The position numbers and the translations under genes were made by a program. A DNA stretch of 64,000 nucleotides from contig JAEZHF010000063.1 in NCBI GenBank assembly GCA_023416745.1, positions 7,272 to 71,271 of the forward strand. The letters are read 5' to 3'. This DNA comes from Bacillota bacterium (GTDB lineage Bacteria > Bacillota > Clostridia > Christensenellales > SZUA-584). A model generated the notes under the pieces. It did no database searches. It was not told the origin of the DNA and saw nothing but the letters and a program-made list of their open reading frames with translations. Shown here piece by piece: positions 47,086 to 56,422 of this stretch; position 1 is the first letter of the stretch; each line of letters starts with the position of its first letter.

Positions 47086-47925
47086 ATGGAACAGATATAC
47101 CGGTCGGAAGAAGGCCGAAAGGCGATTCTGAATCAATATGCGGGGTTTCTCACATTCTGGCCTTCTCCGTATACGCATCATGTTATCACCACAGAGTTTG
47201 GCGATACGTTCGTGGTGGAAAGCGGCAATACCGGGGGCAAGCCGCTGGTACTCCTGCACGGCACAGCGTCCAATTCGGCGATGTGGATGGGAGACGCCGC
47301 CGTACTGGGGCAAACGCACCGCGTGTTCGCTGTCGATGTCATCGGCGAACCGGGCAACAGCGCCCAAGCCCGTCCCGATATGGTCAGCGGCAATTACTCG
47401 CGCTGGCTTGGACAGGTATTGGATGGGCTGGGCATCGGCGAAGCTGCGCTCGCAGGCAATTCGCTGGGCGGCTGGATCTCGCTGGACTTCGCGGTGCACG
47501 CCCCGGAACGTGTGAGCGCGCTCGTGCTGCTGGCGTCGTCAGGTCTGTTTTCGTTCCGCCGGTCGTTTGCGCTGCGGATGCTGGCGGAGCGCATCTTCCC
47601 GAAGAGCGGCAGCCTGAGCAAAACCGTAACGGAGGGCGCTGAAATACCCGAAGCGGTGATTGAGTTTCTGGATCTCATCCGACGCGAGTTTATCCCCCGC
47701 CGGCTGCATGCGCCTGTGTTCGGCGGCAAACATCTGAGGCGGCTGTCCATGCCGGTGCTGTATATCGGCGGCGCGCACGACACGCTGCTCAATACGCAAA
47801 GGAGCGCCGCGCGGCTGAAGCGGCTCGCACCGCAGGCGGACATACGCATACTGGCACAAACCGCCCATGCCGTTATCAACATGGGCAGCGATATCAGCGC
47901 TTTTTTAAACGCGCAGGAGGTATAG
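47086..47925 (+). CDS. Alpha/beta hydrolase
   Basis: LVLLHG and the nucleophile elbow GNSLGG. The start is at 47086, after AAGGAGG. Confidence 0.8.
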   Translation: MEQIYRSEEGRKAILNQYAGFLTFWPSPYTHHVITTEFGDTFVVESGNTGGKPLVLLHGTASNSAMWMGDAAVLGQTHRVFAVDVIGEPGNSAQARPDMVSGNYSRWLGQVLDGLGIGEAALAGNSLGGWISLDFAVHAPERVSALVLLASSGLFSFRRSFALRMLAERIFPKSGSLSKTVTEGAEIPEAVIEFLDLIRREFIPRRLHAPVFGGKHLRRLSMPVLYIGGAHDTLLNTQRSAARLKRLAPQADIRILAQTAHAVINMGSDISAFLNAQEV

Positions 47926-48285
47926 ATGCAGATACAATATAAGAACCTCAACGGCACCGTCATCGCGGTTCTGGCGGACGGCGTTATCAGCAATACATCG
48001 GACGCATTGGACCTGATCGCCACAGCCGGCTACAACGGCGCGGTTGGGGTTGTGATTCCCAAGGCGCTGCTCACTACGGATTTCTTTGACCTCAAAACGC
48101 GCATCGCCGGAGATATACTGCAAAAATGCGTCAACTACGGTATGCGCGTGGCTGTGGTCGGCGACTTCTCTGTTTATAACAGCAAGAGCCTGGCCGACTT
48201 CATTCGCGAATCCAACAGGGGCCGGCACGTCTTTTTTAAATCGACGATTGACGAAGCGATGCAAACGCTGGCGTCGAATATCTGA
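47926..48285 (+). CDS. DUF4180-family protein
   Basis: 119 aa. The sequence ...ISNTSDALDLIA...FFDLKTRIAGDILQKCVNYGMRVAVVGDFS... fits my memory of DUF4180. It follows the hydrolase stop directly (TAGATG). Confidence 0.6.
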   Translation: MQIQYKNLNGTVIAVLADGVISNTSDALDLIATAGYNGAVGVVIPKALLTTDFFDLKTRIAGDILQKCVNYGMRVAVVGDFSVYNSKSLADFIRESNRGRHVFFKSTIDEAMQTLASNI

Positions 48286-48290
48286 ACACC

Positions 48291-48335
48291 AAAAAGGCCT
48301 CCTTCGCCCATCTGCGAAAGAGGCCTCACTTTTTA
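48291..48335. terminator. Bidirectional rho-independent terminator
   Basis: AAAAAGGCCTC-loop-GAGGCCTCACTTTTT, between convergent genes. Confidence 0.7.
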
Positions 48336-48337
48336 AT

Positions 48338-49771
48338 TCAGCTCTTTGCGGCCTTGCGGCTCCCGAATATCTGCCGCCGGAACAGTATCAGGTTGATGAC
48401 GATGAACAGCACCACCAATGCGCCCAGCGTCAGCCATGTCATCTGCATGTTCTGCGGGGCAAGGCCGAGCAGCAGCAGCATCGGAAAACCGAATACAATG
48501 GCCCACAGCTGTTGGTATATCAGGTTGTTGGCAGCGGGCGTCTCAAATGCGGGGTCAATTTCTCTCACAAGAATAACGCCGGTGCTGGCCGTGCCGGTCA
48601 GCATGCCATACAACGACAGGAAGGCCTCGTCCTGATAGTTTGGGAACAGCCTTTTGGAGATGAACTGCACCTGAAGGAATGTCGCAACAGCACCCACAAT
48701 GCAGATGACAATCAGCGGCAGTACGAACTCTCTGTGCTTGAATGCGGACAGGTCGATCGCTGCGATGGACGCCACCACCATGATATCAAACATGACACCG
48801 GAAATGCGCGACAGCATGAAGTTGTTGATATACTGGCGTTTAATGATGCCGCGATCCTGCAGCCGCCCCAGCACCCGCTTGAATATGATGGCGATCACGG
48901 TACCGATCAGGAAATTGAAGCCCCATATCAGCGGCTTGACAGTGCCGATAAGAAATCTGTTTCCCGAGCTGTCCAGCCCCAGGGATATCAGCCGCATCAG
49001 CAAATAGGCGGTCATGTATGTAAAGAAAACGAGGCCGATCTGAACCGTCAGCTTATCCAGCGATTCCGACATGGGTATTTCGCCCTTTTTGGTGATGTGA
49101 TGCGCTGTCAGATCCTCCATCTCGTCGGCATCCACGATACCGGGCTTCACACGTCCCTTGCGTTTGAGTATGTGTAGGTATATAAGACCGCCGAGGCCTG
49201 CAGACACAAAGCCCATCGCGGCAACGGTCAGCCCGAAGCTGGTGCCGTTCGAAAAAGCCGGATATTCGGTGGCCATCTCGTAAATGTGCCCCCAGTTGTA
49301 CGCCTGGCCCGGCCCCTGGCCATAGCCCATCGGCAGCAGCAGGCCGGACGATGCAAAGCTGCCTATCGCGTAGAAGAACCCGATTGTGATGGCAAGACCC
49401 AGCAGACCCTGCAGCAGATATGATGAAACCGTGGTCAGTCCTGAATTGAAGATATCGCGGCGGGCGTTCTTGCTGTGCCTCTTATCGGACACCTTAAGCG
49501 CCACAGCCACAAACCCCAGACCGAGCCCGTGATAGGTCAGCGTTTCCATCGTGACATTGTTGAACAATGAGTATCCGGCAATCTTCTCAAAGGCCAGATT
49601 GGCTAGAAGTATAAGGAAGCCGCCGAGCACCGCGCTGGGTATCAGCGACTGCCGCAGCGGTTTAATCAGCCGGCGGAGCATGTTGGCCGTCAGCATACCC
49701 ACCAGTAAAATTGTCAACTCGATCATAAGATTCCAGACCGAGAAATCCCAAAAGTTTTGTCCGCCTGTCAT
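48338..49771 (-). CDS. Sodium/glutamate symporter family (GltS/ESS-like) transporter
   Basis: Polytopic 477-aa protein. The N-terminal pattern ...LRRLIKPLRQSLIPSAVLGGFL... resembles GltS. Confidence 0.55.
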   Translation of the reverse strand: MTGGQNFWDFSVWNLMIELTILLVGMLTANMLRRLIKPLRQSLIPSAVLGGFLILLANLAFEKIAGYSLFNNVTMETLTYHGLGLGFVAVALKVSDKRHSKNARRDIFNSGLTTVSSYLLQGLLGLAITIGFFYAIGSFASSGLLLPMGYGQGPGQAYNWGHIYEMATEYPAFSNGTSFGLTVAAMGFVSAGLGGLIYLHILKRKGRVKPGIVDADEMEDLTAHHITKKGEIPMSESLDKLTVQIGLVFFTYMTAYLLMRLISLGLDSSGNRFLIGTVKPLIWGFNFLIGTVIAIIFKRVLGRLQDRGIIKRQYINNFMLSRISGVMFDIMVVASIAAIDLSAFKHREFVLPLIVICIVGAVATFLQVQFISKRLFPNYQDEAFLSLYGMLTGTASTGVILVREIDPAFETPAANNLIYQQLWAIVFGFPMLLLLGLAPQNMQMTWLTLGALVVLFIVINLILFRRQIFGSRKAAKS

Positions 49772-49980
49772 TTCGCTCTCCTTTGAACAAAGATACCGAA
49801 TTTTTTCGATTCAGTTTAACATAATACAGATAAAATTTCAGCCATTTGTTCGTAAAATAGATGAAAAAAAAGACTCCCCCTTTTGTACATTATTTACGAT
49901 TAACATGCGTTTTATACCATAATTAACATGAAATGACCAAAGTATTCTGGTATAATGAAGAAAAAAATTCGGAGGCTGCG

Positions 49981-50439
49981 ATGAAAACTTTGATCGTATA
50001 TGATTCCGTGTTCGGTAACACGCAGAAGCTGGCCGAAGCCATGGCTGCCGGTTCGGATTCAAAAGCTGTGCGCATGACTGACACAGCCGGCTTGGCGCTT
50101 GCGGATATTGACCTGTTGCTGGTGGGGTCTCCCACGCGGGGTTTCAGACCAACGCCTGCACTGATGGAATGGCTCAAGGCGCTGCCGTCCGGTGCACTTT
50201 CCGGCAAACGTGCGGCGGCGTTCGATTCGCGGGTCTCGCCCGACAAGGTGAAATCCGGCGCGCTCAGGCTGATGATGAAAAAGTTCGGCTATGCAGCGCC
50301 CGACATTGAAAAGGAGCTGAAAAAGAAGGGCGCTTCCATTGCCGCTCCGCCGGAAGGCTTCTTTGTGGAAGAATCCGAGGGGCCGCTGACGGGAGGCGAA
50401 GAAGCCCGTGCCGCCGAATGGGCTAAGAGAATGCTTTAA
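49981..50439 (+). CDS. Flavodoxin-family protein
   Basis: MKTLIVYDSVFGNTQKLAEAMA is a flavodoxin FMN-binding N-terminus. The start was trimmed to 49981, after GGAGG. Confidence 0.8.
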   Translation: MKTLIVYDSVFGNTQKLAEAMAAGSDSKAVRMTDTAGLALADIDLLLVGSPTRGFRPTPALMEWLKALPSGALSGKRAAAFDSRVSPDKVKSGALRLMMKKFGYAAPDIEKELKKKGASIAAPPEGFFVEESEGPLTGGEEARAAEWAKRML

Positions 50440-50571
50440 CGCACACCCTTCCCCTAGCCGCTGTAAAATATTTTCTCCCAGCGTATTGAATCCGCCTGTT
50501 ATGGGGTATACAATCGGCTTGAATAGAATCCGTACAGCCAATTTTTCCTACATGCAGAAGGAGGTTTTGTT

Positions 50572-51231
50572 ATGAGAAAAGCGGCGATCCTGATAGCCTG
50601 TGTTTTGTTGCTGGCTGTATCGGTCGGCTGCCAGAAGACTGCAGACCTGCCTGAAGACAGCGGAAAGTGGGGCGCAGGAGAAACAGCCCCGCCGGAGGTA
50701 ACAGCTGAACAGACACCAGAGGCGACTTCTGCCTCCAGCGTGTCCGTGCCGCCTGCTGAAACCGCAACGCCGATGCCCTCGCCCGCTGCGACGCCCTCTC
50801 TTCCACCAGGCGCGCCGATGTATTCCAGCTATGCGCACATGGTGACGTACGACCCGGCTGTCGGTGTGGCGGACTTCGATTACTTTGATCTGCTGCAGGG
50901 AAAAGACGCGGTGAAATGGCTGGTGGAGCAAAAAGGGTATACGCAGGCGGAAGCGGAAGCCGAAGTGGCGGATTACGCAGACAGCGAATTCATCGAGAAA
51001 AACACGAATAAGCAGCTGCGGACAATAGACCTCAAGAACATACCCATCACGCTGATGTTTGACCCCGATACCGGCGATATGCTGGAAGTGAGCCATCCGC
51101 TTAAAGGCACATTGATCGATCTGTACAACCTGTATGAGCTGGATCATGATCTGGTGCTCAATTCGTTCTTTTACTGGATTGAAGTGAAAAACGGCAAGGT
51201 GGTATCCCTCGAGCAGGTCTACTGGCCGTAA
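50572..51231 (+). CDS. Hypothetical lipoprotein
   Basis: The signal peptide has the lipobox LAVSVGC, followed by a Pro/Ala/Thr-rich linker. Confidence 0.7.
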   Translation: MRKAAILIACVLLLAVSVGCQKTADLPEDSGKWGAGETAPPEVTAEQTPEATSASSVSVPPAETATPMPSPAATPSLPPGAPMYSSYAHMVTYDPAVGVADFDYFDLLQGKDAVKWLVEQKGYTQAEAEAEVADYADSEFIEKNTNKQLRTIDLKNIPITLMFDPDTGDMLEVSHPLKGTLIDLYNLYELDHDLVLNSFFYWIEVKNGKVVSLEQVYWP

Positions 51232-51301
51232 ACAGGCAACACTTGAATTCTTTCAACGCCGGAGGGAGCCGTGTAACGCTTCCTCTTCTTATTTCTGAGG
51301 A

Positions 51302-52549
51302 CTAGAAGACCAGCCAGCCCAGCGTAAAGGCATAGGTATAGACAGGGGCCAGCACAGCGAACACGGCAGTGAGCGCGATATCTGCCCAGCGCCGCCGTGT
51401 GAGCAGAGCAAGCGCGGGATACAGCACCGCCAGACCCATGTAATACCGGAAGCCGGACAAAAGCCATGTGGGCGCGAATATGACAAACAGGTACACGATG
51501 GCGTAAACGCTATACGACAAGCGCAGTTTCTTCGCCATCAGCGGGAGTGAGAGCCCTCCGATGAGCAGTACAGCAAACTGGCTGCCCCAAAGCAGCAGCT
51601 TGTCCTTCAGCTCCCAGCTGCCCCGCGTGAGTTCGCCGAATGTGACCCCCAGTGTATTGGCATAGCTGCCCAAGCTCTGGCTCCACTTTTCGCTCTGCAT
51701 TCTAAGGAACAGCAGCGTATCGCCCGTCAGCGCGTGGTTCATCGCGAGGTATGCCGCCGTGCCCAGCGGTATCAGCAGCAGTGCGGGCGCATGTGCCATC
51801 AGGCGTTTGAGCTTATCCCCAGCATTCTGCCGCATGAGCTTGGGCACGAGACCAAACGCGCTCAGCATCTCCAGCGCCACCGGAACGGCGAGCAGCACAC
51901 CGGTGCTGCGTGTGAGCGCGGCAAGCCCGCCCAATGCGCAGGCTGTCCAAAAGCGCCCGGTGCGGGCGTAATACAGGCAGGCAAACGATAATAGCAGGAA
52001 TATGGATTCGGAGAATGGTGCGCCCAGAAACACGGTGACGGGAAACAGCAGCAGATATTTGACCGCCCGGCGTGCCGCGCGCGTGTCCGCGTCCAGCAGC
52101 GTCAGCTTATACAAAAACACGCAGGCACCGCCGAGGCTGAGCCAGGATACGAGAAGCGCCGCGATATGCTCGCTGGGCAGCACGAGCCTCACCAGCCACA
52201 CCGCGGCGGGATAGAGCGGAAAAAACACGATGCGTATCCAGCCGTCCTGAGCGTCGAAATACCCTTGGGTCACAATGCGCAGATACTGCAGCGCGTCCCA
52301 CCGGCTCCACGTTTCCCAGAACGGGCTGCCGAAACCGGAGGCATGCGCTGCGCCATAGCTGAGCGCCAGCAGAACCAGCCGTGATACCGCTGCCACCGCC
52401 ATGATGAGCAGCGCCGTCTTCAACCCCAGCCGGATTGGGGCTTTCGGCCCGTCCGCGCCGCCTTTGGCAAGCCTTATAACCGCCAGCACGGCGGCGGAGC
52501 CGAAGGCCGCAATATAAAGTATGGTAAACAGTATGTTCGTCATGATCAT
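51302..52549 (-). CDS. GT-C-type integral membrane glycosyltransferase-like protein (PIG-V / Mannosyl_trans2-like)
   Basis: At least 10 TM helices. WSRWDALQYLRIVTQGY resembles the WDSxxYLxIAxxGY motif of the PIG-V family. Confidence 0.55.
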   Translation of the reverse strand: MIMTNILFTILYIAAFGSAAVLAVIRLAKGGADGPKAPIRLGLKTALLIMAVAAVSRLVLLALSYGAAHASGFGSPFWETWSRWDALQYLRIVTQGYFDAQDGWIRIVFFPLYPAAVWLVRLVLPSEHIAALLVSWLSLGGACVFLYKLTLLDADTRAARRAVKYLLLFPVTVFLGAPFSESIFLLLSFACLYYARTGRFWTACALGGLAALTRSTGVLLAVPVALEMLSAFGLVPKLMRQNAGDKLKRLMAHAPALLLIPLGTAAYLAMNHALTGDTLLFLRMQSEKWSQSLGSYANTLGVTFGELTRGSWELKDKLLLWGSQFAVLLIGGLSLPLMAKKLRLSYSVYAIVYLFVIFAPTWLLSGFRYYMGLAVLYPALALLTRRRWADIALTAVFAVLAPVYTYAFTLGWLVF

Positions 52550-52599
52550 TTCAGCATCATTCGGCCGGTATTAGGTACTCGAAGCATCAAGACCAGCCA

Positions 52600-52701
52600 T
52601 CACAGATCAAGGTATGGCAGCAGCATAAATACAACCATGAGCAGCGCCATGATGACGGCGATGACGATACCGGCCACCCGCGCGCCTTTTCTTGCTTTCA
52701 T
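52600..52701 (-). CDS. 33-aa single-TM micro-protein
   Basis: MKARKGARVAGIVIAVIMALLMVVFMLLPYLDL. GGAGG lies 7 nt upstream of the ATG at 52701. The longer ORF in the track (to 52854) overlaps the neighbouring gene. Confidence 0.4.
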   Translation of the reverse strand: MKARKGARVAGIVIAVIMALLMVVFMLLPYLDL

Positions 52702-52810
52702 ATTCAGCCTCCGATTTAACACCAATAAATTGTCTTTGACATTATACACGACGGGCAACCAATAATAAAGCGCCGCAAGGAAAACCTTTGCGGCGCAGTG
52801 ATTGGCAAAA

Positions 52811-54115
52811 TCAAAATTCGCTGATCGATATTTCTCTCCCGGGTGCGGTTTCACCTTCCTTGACCACGTATATTGTCCATATATGGGTGTAACCCGATTT
52901 TACTGCCAAAGGTTCATTCGGGTTCAGTTCCTGATATCGGGCATTGGATCCGAAAAACTCTTCCATGCCAAACCATTGCTCGCCAAAACCGCCATTGACA
53001 TAGTAACCGCCTTTCGGCAGCTTGATCTTCAGCTTGCTGCCGGCAGACACATACACGATTGATACCAGCACCTGATCCGACGAATAAATTTTAAAGCAGG
53101 CATCGACCGGATCCTCATTTTTTATCGTCACCGACAGCTTCTTGGCGAAATCCTCATTGCGGTACAGTTCGCCGTTTTTGGGCGGTTCCTGCAGGCAGGC
53201 GACGCAGCGCTCCACCGAATCCTTGAAGTCCCCCAGATCGTAAAACGCCAAAAAAGCGGTGTAAAATCTGCCGTCGCTGAAGGCCGCATCCGCCGCAATA
53301 TAGTCGATACTATTCAAGCATTCCATCGCCATATCGGACGCATCCGAGTAGTAGCCCAGTGCCGTAAACGCCGTCAGCGCCGCTTCATAGTTCTGCGCAT
53401 CCATCAGCTCGGCCGCCGCATCATAGTCGATGCGATTCTGGCACTCTGCCGCAAGATCCGCCGAATCCAAAAAGCTGCCCAGCGTCGTGAAAGCGTCCCG
53501 CGCTTGTTCATTGCTGCCCGCGTCCATCAACACCGCCGCGGCGTTGTAGTCCAGCGTATTTTGGCATTCCGCCGACTTCTCATCCGCATCCTTGAAGCTG
53601 CCCAGCGCTGCGAACGCATCCCGCGCCTGTTCGAACTCGCCCGCATCCTGAAACGCCACAGCAGCATTATAGTCCATCGTATCCTGGCATTCTTCGGCCA
53701 TGTCGGGCGATTCCCTGTATTCTCCCAGTTCTATGAATTCCGCCTTTGCTTCCCCGAAGTCACCGCTGTCCATCATCGCAAAAGCCGCCTCGTACCTGTC
53801 GGAATGCGCCTTCTCGATAAGAACGGGTATCAGCACGGCCGCGGCCAGCACCAACACACCGCCCGCGATGATCAGCATCGTGCGCAGCTTTTTGCGGCTG
53901 TCCGGTTTGGGCTTGTCTGTTCTGCGTCCGGAGCCGCCCGCGTCATACATCGGCGGCACATAGGCACCGCCCTGCTCCGCACCCGCCGGGTATACCGGCA
54001 TAACGCCGGGCTGCTCTTGCAGCGGGGAGGCATCATCAGGGCTGACAGGTGTTCCGCATTGGTTGCAGAATTTTTCACCGTCTGGCATCTGGTTTCCGCA
54101 TTTGCGACAATACAT
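52811..54115 (-). CDS. Zinc-ribbon membrane protein with five tandem ~41-aa repeats
   Basis: The N-terminus is MYCRKCGNQMPDGEKFCNQCG. After a TM segment come repeats of the form Y(N/D)AAxxxxDAxxxxxAxxAFxxLGxxxDxxxxxxECxNxxD, then a C-terminal beta-rich domain. Confidence 0.75.
   Translation of the reverse strand: MYCRKCGNQMPDGEKFCNQCGTPVSPDDASPLQEQPGVMPVYPAGAEQGGAYVPPMYDAGGSGRRTDKPKPDSRKKLRTMLIIAGGVLVLAAAVLIPVLIEKAHSDRYEAAFAMMDSGDFGEAKAEFIELGEYRESPDMAEECQDTMDYNAAVAFQDAGEFEQARDAFAALGSFKDADEKSAECQNTLDYNAAAVLMDAGSNEQARDAFTTLGSFLDSADLAAECQNRIDYDAAAELMDAQNYEAALTAFTALGYYSDASDMAMECLNSIDYIAADAAFSDGRFYTAFLAFYDLGDFKDSVERCVACLQEPPKNGELYRNEDFAKKLSVTIKNEDPVDACFKIYSSDQVLVSIVYVSAGSKLKIKLPKGGYYVNGGFGEQWFGMEEFFGSNARYQELNPNEPLAVKSGYTHIWTIYVVKEGETAPGREISISEF
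53218..53773 (-). repeat. Intragenic tandem repeat, about 123 nt period, five copies (coding)
   Basis: Seen in the translated repeats, for example SAECQNTLDYNAA, AAECQNRIDYDAA and AMECLNSIDYIAA. Confidence 0.7.
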
Positions 54116-54364
54116 ATGGGGGTCCTCCTTAAATCATACTGACTAAAACACACGGCACATTAAGCCGCAAAAAGACGAACTGTATTATATTAATTGCTGT
54201 TCGATCGGCGCGGGTTCCTTTATCAAAACGCTTCAACGCTTTGAAGGCAATAAATTCGTTCAGGATAATCGTAACATAAGTAACTGTCGGCAATTGAAAC
54301 AAATTTATACTAACATAATAATTTGTTAAATTCTATCTGTTTTTTGCAAAAACGGCAAAAACAA

Positions 54365-54391
54365 AAAAGCTGCCCGCAAGCAGCTGATTTT
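54365..54391 (-). terminator. Rho-independent terminator after the CoA-transferase gene
   Basis: AGCTGC-ccgcaa-GCAGCT. On the minus strand it is followed by TTTTTTGTTTTT. Confidence 0.7.
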
Positions 54392-54403
54392 GATTTGTGC
54401 TTA

Positions 54404-55945
54404 TTACTGTTTCACGCCCGGCCTGACTTTGGGTATGAAGTCCAGGCGGTCCAGTATATCCTTTTGAAGGTCGATGCCTTTGAAAATCTCGACCAACTCC
54501 AGGCCTTCTTCCCCCAGCGCGAACACGCAGCGCTCGGTGACATACAGCACGTTCTGACCGCGCATGCGCGCATGCTTGGCAGAAAAACTGATCGCCTCTA
54601 TCTCCGGCTTGAACTTGGGCTTTTTGCCCTCGTGAACGATGCGTACGCTGGTTCCGTCCCGCTCCACCTCAAGCCCGAGCGCGGTGAACGTCATGCAAAA
54701 CACCACGTTGGGCGTGGCGGTGGTGATGTTGGCGAAACCGCCGATGCCCGCGTAACGTCCGCCCATTACGTGTGAATTGACATTGCCGAACCTGTCTACC
54801 TCGTAGCCGCCCATGAAACAGGTATTGATCCCGCCCCCGTCGTAGAAATCAAACTGCTGTGCCATGTCGGTGATGATGTCCGCGCCGATGGTGGCGCCGA
54901 ACGCGATGCCGGGTGCGGGCAGTCCGCCGATACCGCCCGATTCCACAGTCAGCGATATCTTCTCAAGTATGCCGCTTTTGGACGCGTAGCGCCCCACCAT
55001 CTCGGGTATGCCGATACCGATGTTGACGACACTGTTCGCCTGCAGCTCCTGCGCGGCACGCTCGCCGATCACTTCGTGAGACACCTGCGTATCCTCATGG
55101 CGGCCCCGTTTTCCGGACAGCTTCATGCGCCCCATCCAGTAATTCATGTGGCTGGGCGGCACGTGGATATCGCCCGAAAGCGTCGGGTTGTATATTTCGT
55201 CCAAAAACTGCTTTTGCTCGGGGCAGACCACCACCGCGTCCACCAGCACGCCCGGCACAATGACGTTGCGCGGGCGCGAAAACTCACTACTCACACGCTC
55301 AACCTGCATGATCACGATGCCGCCGTTGGCCTTGGTGGCCTGCGCGGTGGCCAGCGCATCGATGGAAACACACTCTTTTTCAAAAGTGATGTTGCCGTTG
55401 GGATCTACCGTGGTGCCGCGCATCAGCGCCACGTCGATCTTGGGCGTCCTGTAATACAGGTATTCCTTGCCGTCCAGCTGCTCGACGGACACCATTTTTT
55501 GGTTTGACCTCTCATTCAGGCCCGGCCCGTCCACTCGCGGGTCCACAAACAGCCCCAGCCCCACCTCGCTCAAGTAACCTTCCTTGCGTGAAGCCGCCGC
55601 GCGCAGCGTGTGCGACAGTACGCCAAGCGGCATGTTATAAGCCTCAATCTCACCGCAGTATGCCATGCGCACTGCCGCCGGCATACTGCCAAAGTGGCCC
55701 GCGATCACGCACCTCACCGCCCCGGCCGCGATGTACGGATCCGCATACCTGTTTTCGTCCCAGCCGCCAAAGCCGGACGCACAAAATATGGTCATCTCTT
55801 TGGGATGTCCGGTTTGCTTGAACCGGCGGCAAATAGCATCATGAATCGCTTCCGGATTTCCCAGCGTCAGGAACGAGTTGATACAGATGGTGTCACCGTC
55901 GCGAAGCAGCGCCGCGGCTTCATCCGCACTTATGATTTGAAACAT
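54404..55945 (-). CDS. Family I acyl-CoA:acetate/3-ketoacid CoA-transferase, fused alpha/beta (YdiF/Pct-like)
   Basis: 513 aa. The N-terminus is ISADEAAALLRDGDTICINSF and the ESGGIGG region holds the catalytic Glu. Confidence 0.8.
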   Translation of the reverse strand: MFQIISADEAAALLRDGDTICINSFLTLGNPEAIHDAICRRFKQTGHPKEMTIFCASGFGGWDENRYADPYIAAGAVRCVIAGHFGSMPAAVRMAYCGEIEAYNMPLGVLSHTLRAAASRKEGYLSEVGLGLFVDPRVDGPGLNERSNQKMVSVEQLDGKEYLYYRTPKIDVALMRGTTVDPNGNITFEKECVSIDALATAQATKANGGIVIMQVERVSSEFSRPRNVIVPGVLVDAVVVCPEQKQFLDEIYNPTLSGDIHVPPSHMNYWMGRMKLSGKRGRHEDTQVSHEVIGERAAQELQANSVVNIGIGIPEMVGRYASKSGILEKISLTVESGGIGGLPAPGIAFGATIGADIITDMAQQFDFYDGGGINTCFMGGYEVDRFGNVNSHVMGGRYAGIGGFANITTATPNVVFCMTFTALGLEVERDGTSVRIVHEGKKPKFKPEIEAISFSAKHARMRGQNVLYVTERCVFALGEEGLELVEIFKGIDLQKDILDRLDFIPKVRPGVKQ

Positions 55946-56060
55946 AAATCAAGGCTCCTTTGTCTTGATACGGTCAATCAGTCATAACTGTTTTTATTAT
56001 AGATTATTAACGCGGCGGCGGCAAGACGACGGCAGCTATTAATATAATGAATGCATCAAA

Positions 56061-56096
56061 AGAGACCCCGCCGCCTTATTTGGCTCCGGGGTCTCT
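56061..56096 (-). terminator. Rho-independent terminator
   Basis: AGAGACCCCG-loop-CCGGGGTCTCT. On the minus strand it is followed by TTTTGATG. Confidence 0.6.
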
Positions 56097-56137
56097 CTAT
56101 AAGCTTTATGCTCCTTTTTTTGACTGCCGCAAATGGT

Positions 56138-56422
56138 TTAGCTGGCAGCCGGTGATGTAGCCGGCAGGTCTACGCCCGGGCTGGGCGACATTCCGGCTCC
56201 CGGTGATACGCCAGTGCCCGGTGATACGCCAGTGCCCGGTGATACATCAGGCAACAAGTCATCGCCCGGTATTATGTCACCGTCCAGGATGTCATCATCT
56301 CCATTGTCATATCCCGGCCCGGTGGGGCCAACTGTATTGCCCGGCGTATTGTTTCTGGTGCAGCCCAACATGACAACGGCCAGCAGGACCACTAAGATTG
56401 CCACAATAAACAGTCTCTTCAT
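56138..56422 (-). CDS. Small lipoprotein with a Gly/Pro/Asp-rich repetitive tail
   Basis: Signal peptide plus lipobox VMLGC, then a PGTGVSPGTGVSPGAGMSP repeat. Confidence 0.65.
   Translation of the reverse strand: MKRLFIVAILVVLLAVVMLGCTRNNTPGNTVGPTGPGYDNGDDDILDGDIIPGDDLLPDVSPGTGVSPGTGVSPGAGMSPSPGVDLPATSPAAS
56199..56246. repeat. 18-nt tandem repeat, 2.7 copies (coding)
   Basis: CCCGGTGATACGCCAGTG occurs at 56199-56216 and 56217-56234, with a partial third copy. Confidence 0.8.

Noticed and set aside
46711-47499. A 262-aa minus-strand ORF and a 209-aa minus-strand ORF (47394-48023).
   Set aside because: They are antisense to the HTH, alpha/beta hydrolase and DUF4180 genes. Those genes have RBSs and family motifs, whereas the antisense products are Arg/Ala/Pro-rich noise.
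56199-56246. Short direct repeats as a possible CRISPR array.
   Set aside because: There are only 2.7 contiguous 18-nt copies with no spacers, and they lie inside a coding sequence. This is a simple coding tandem repeat.
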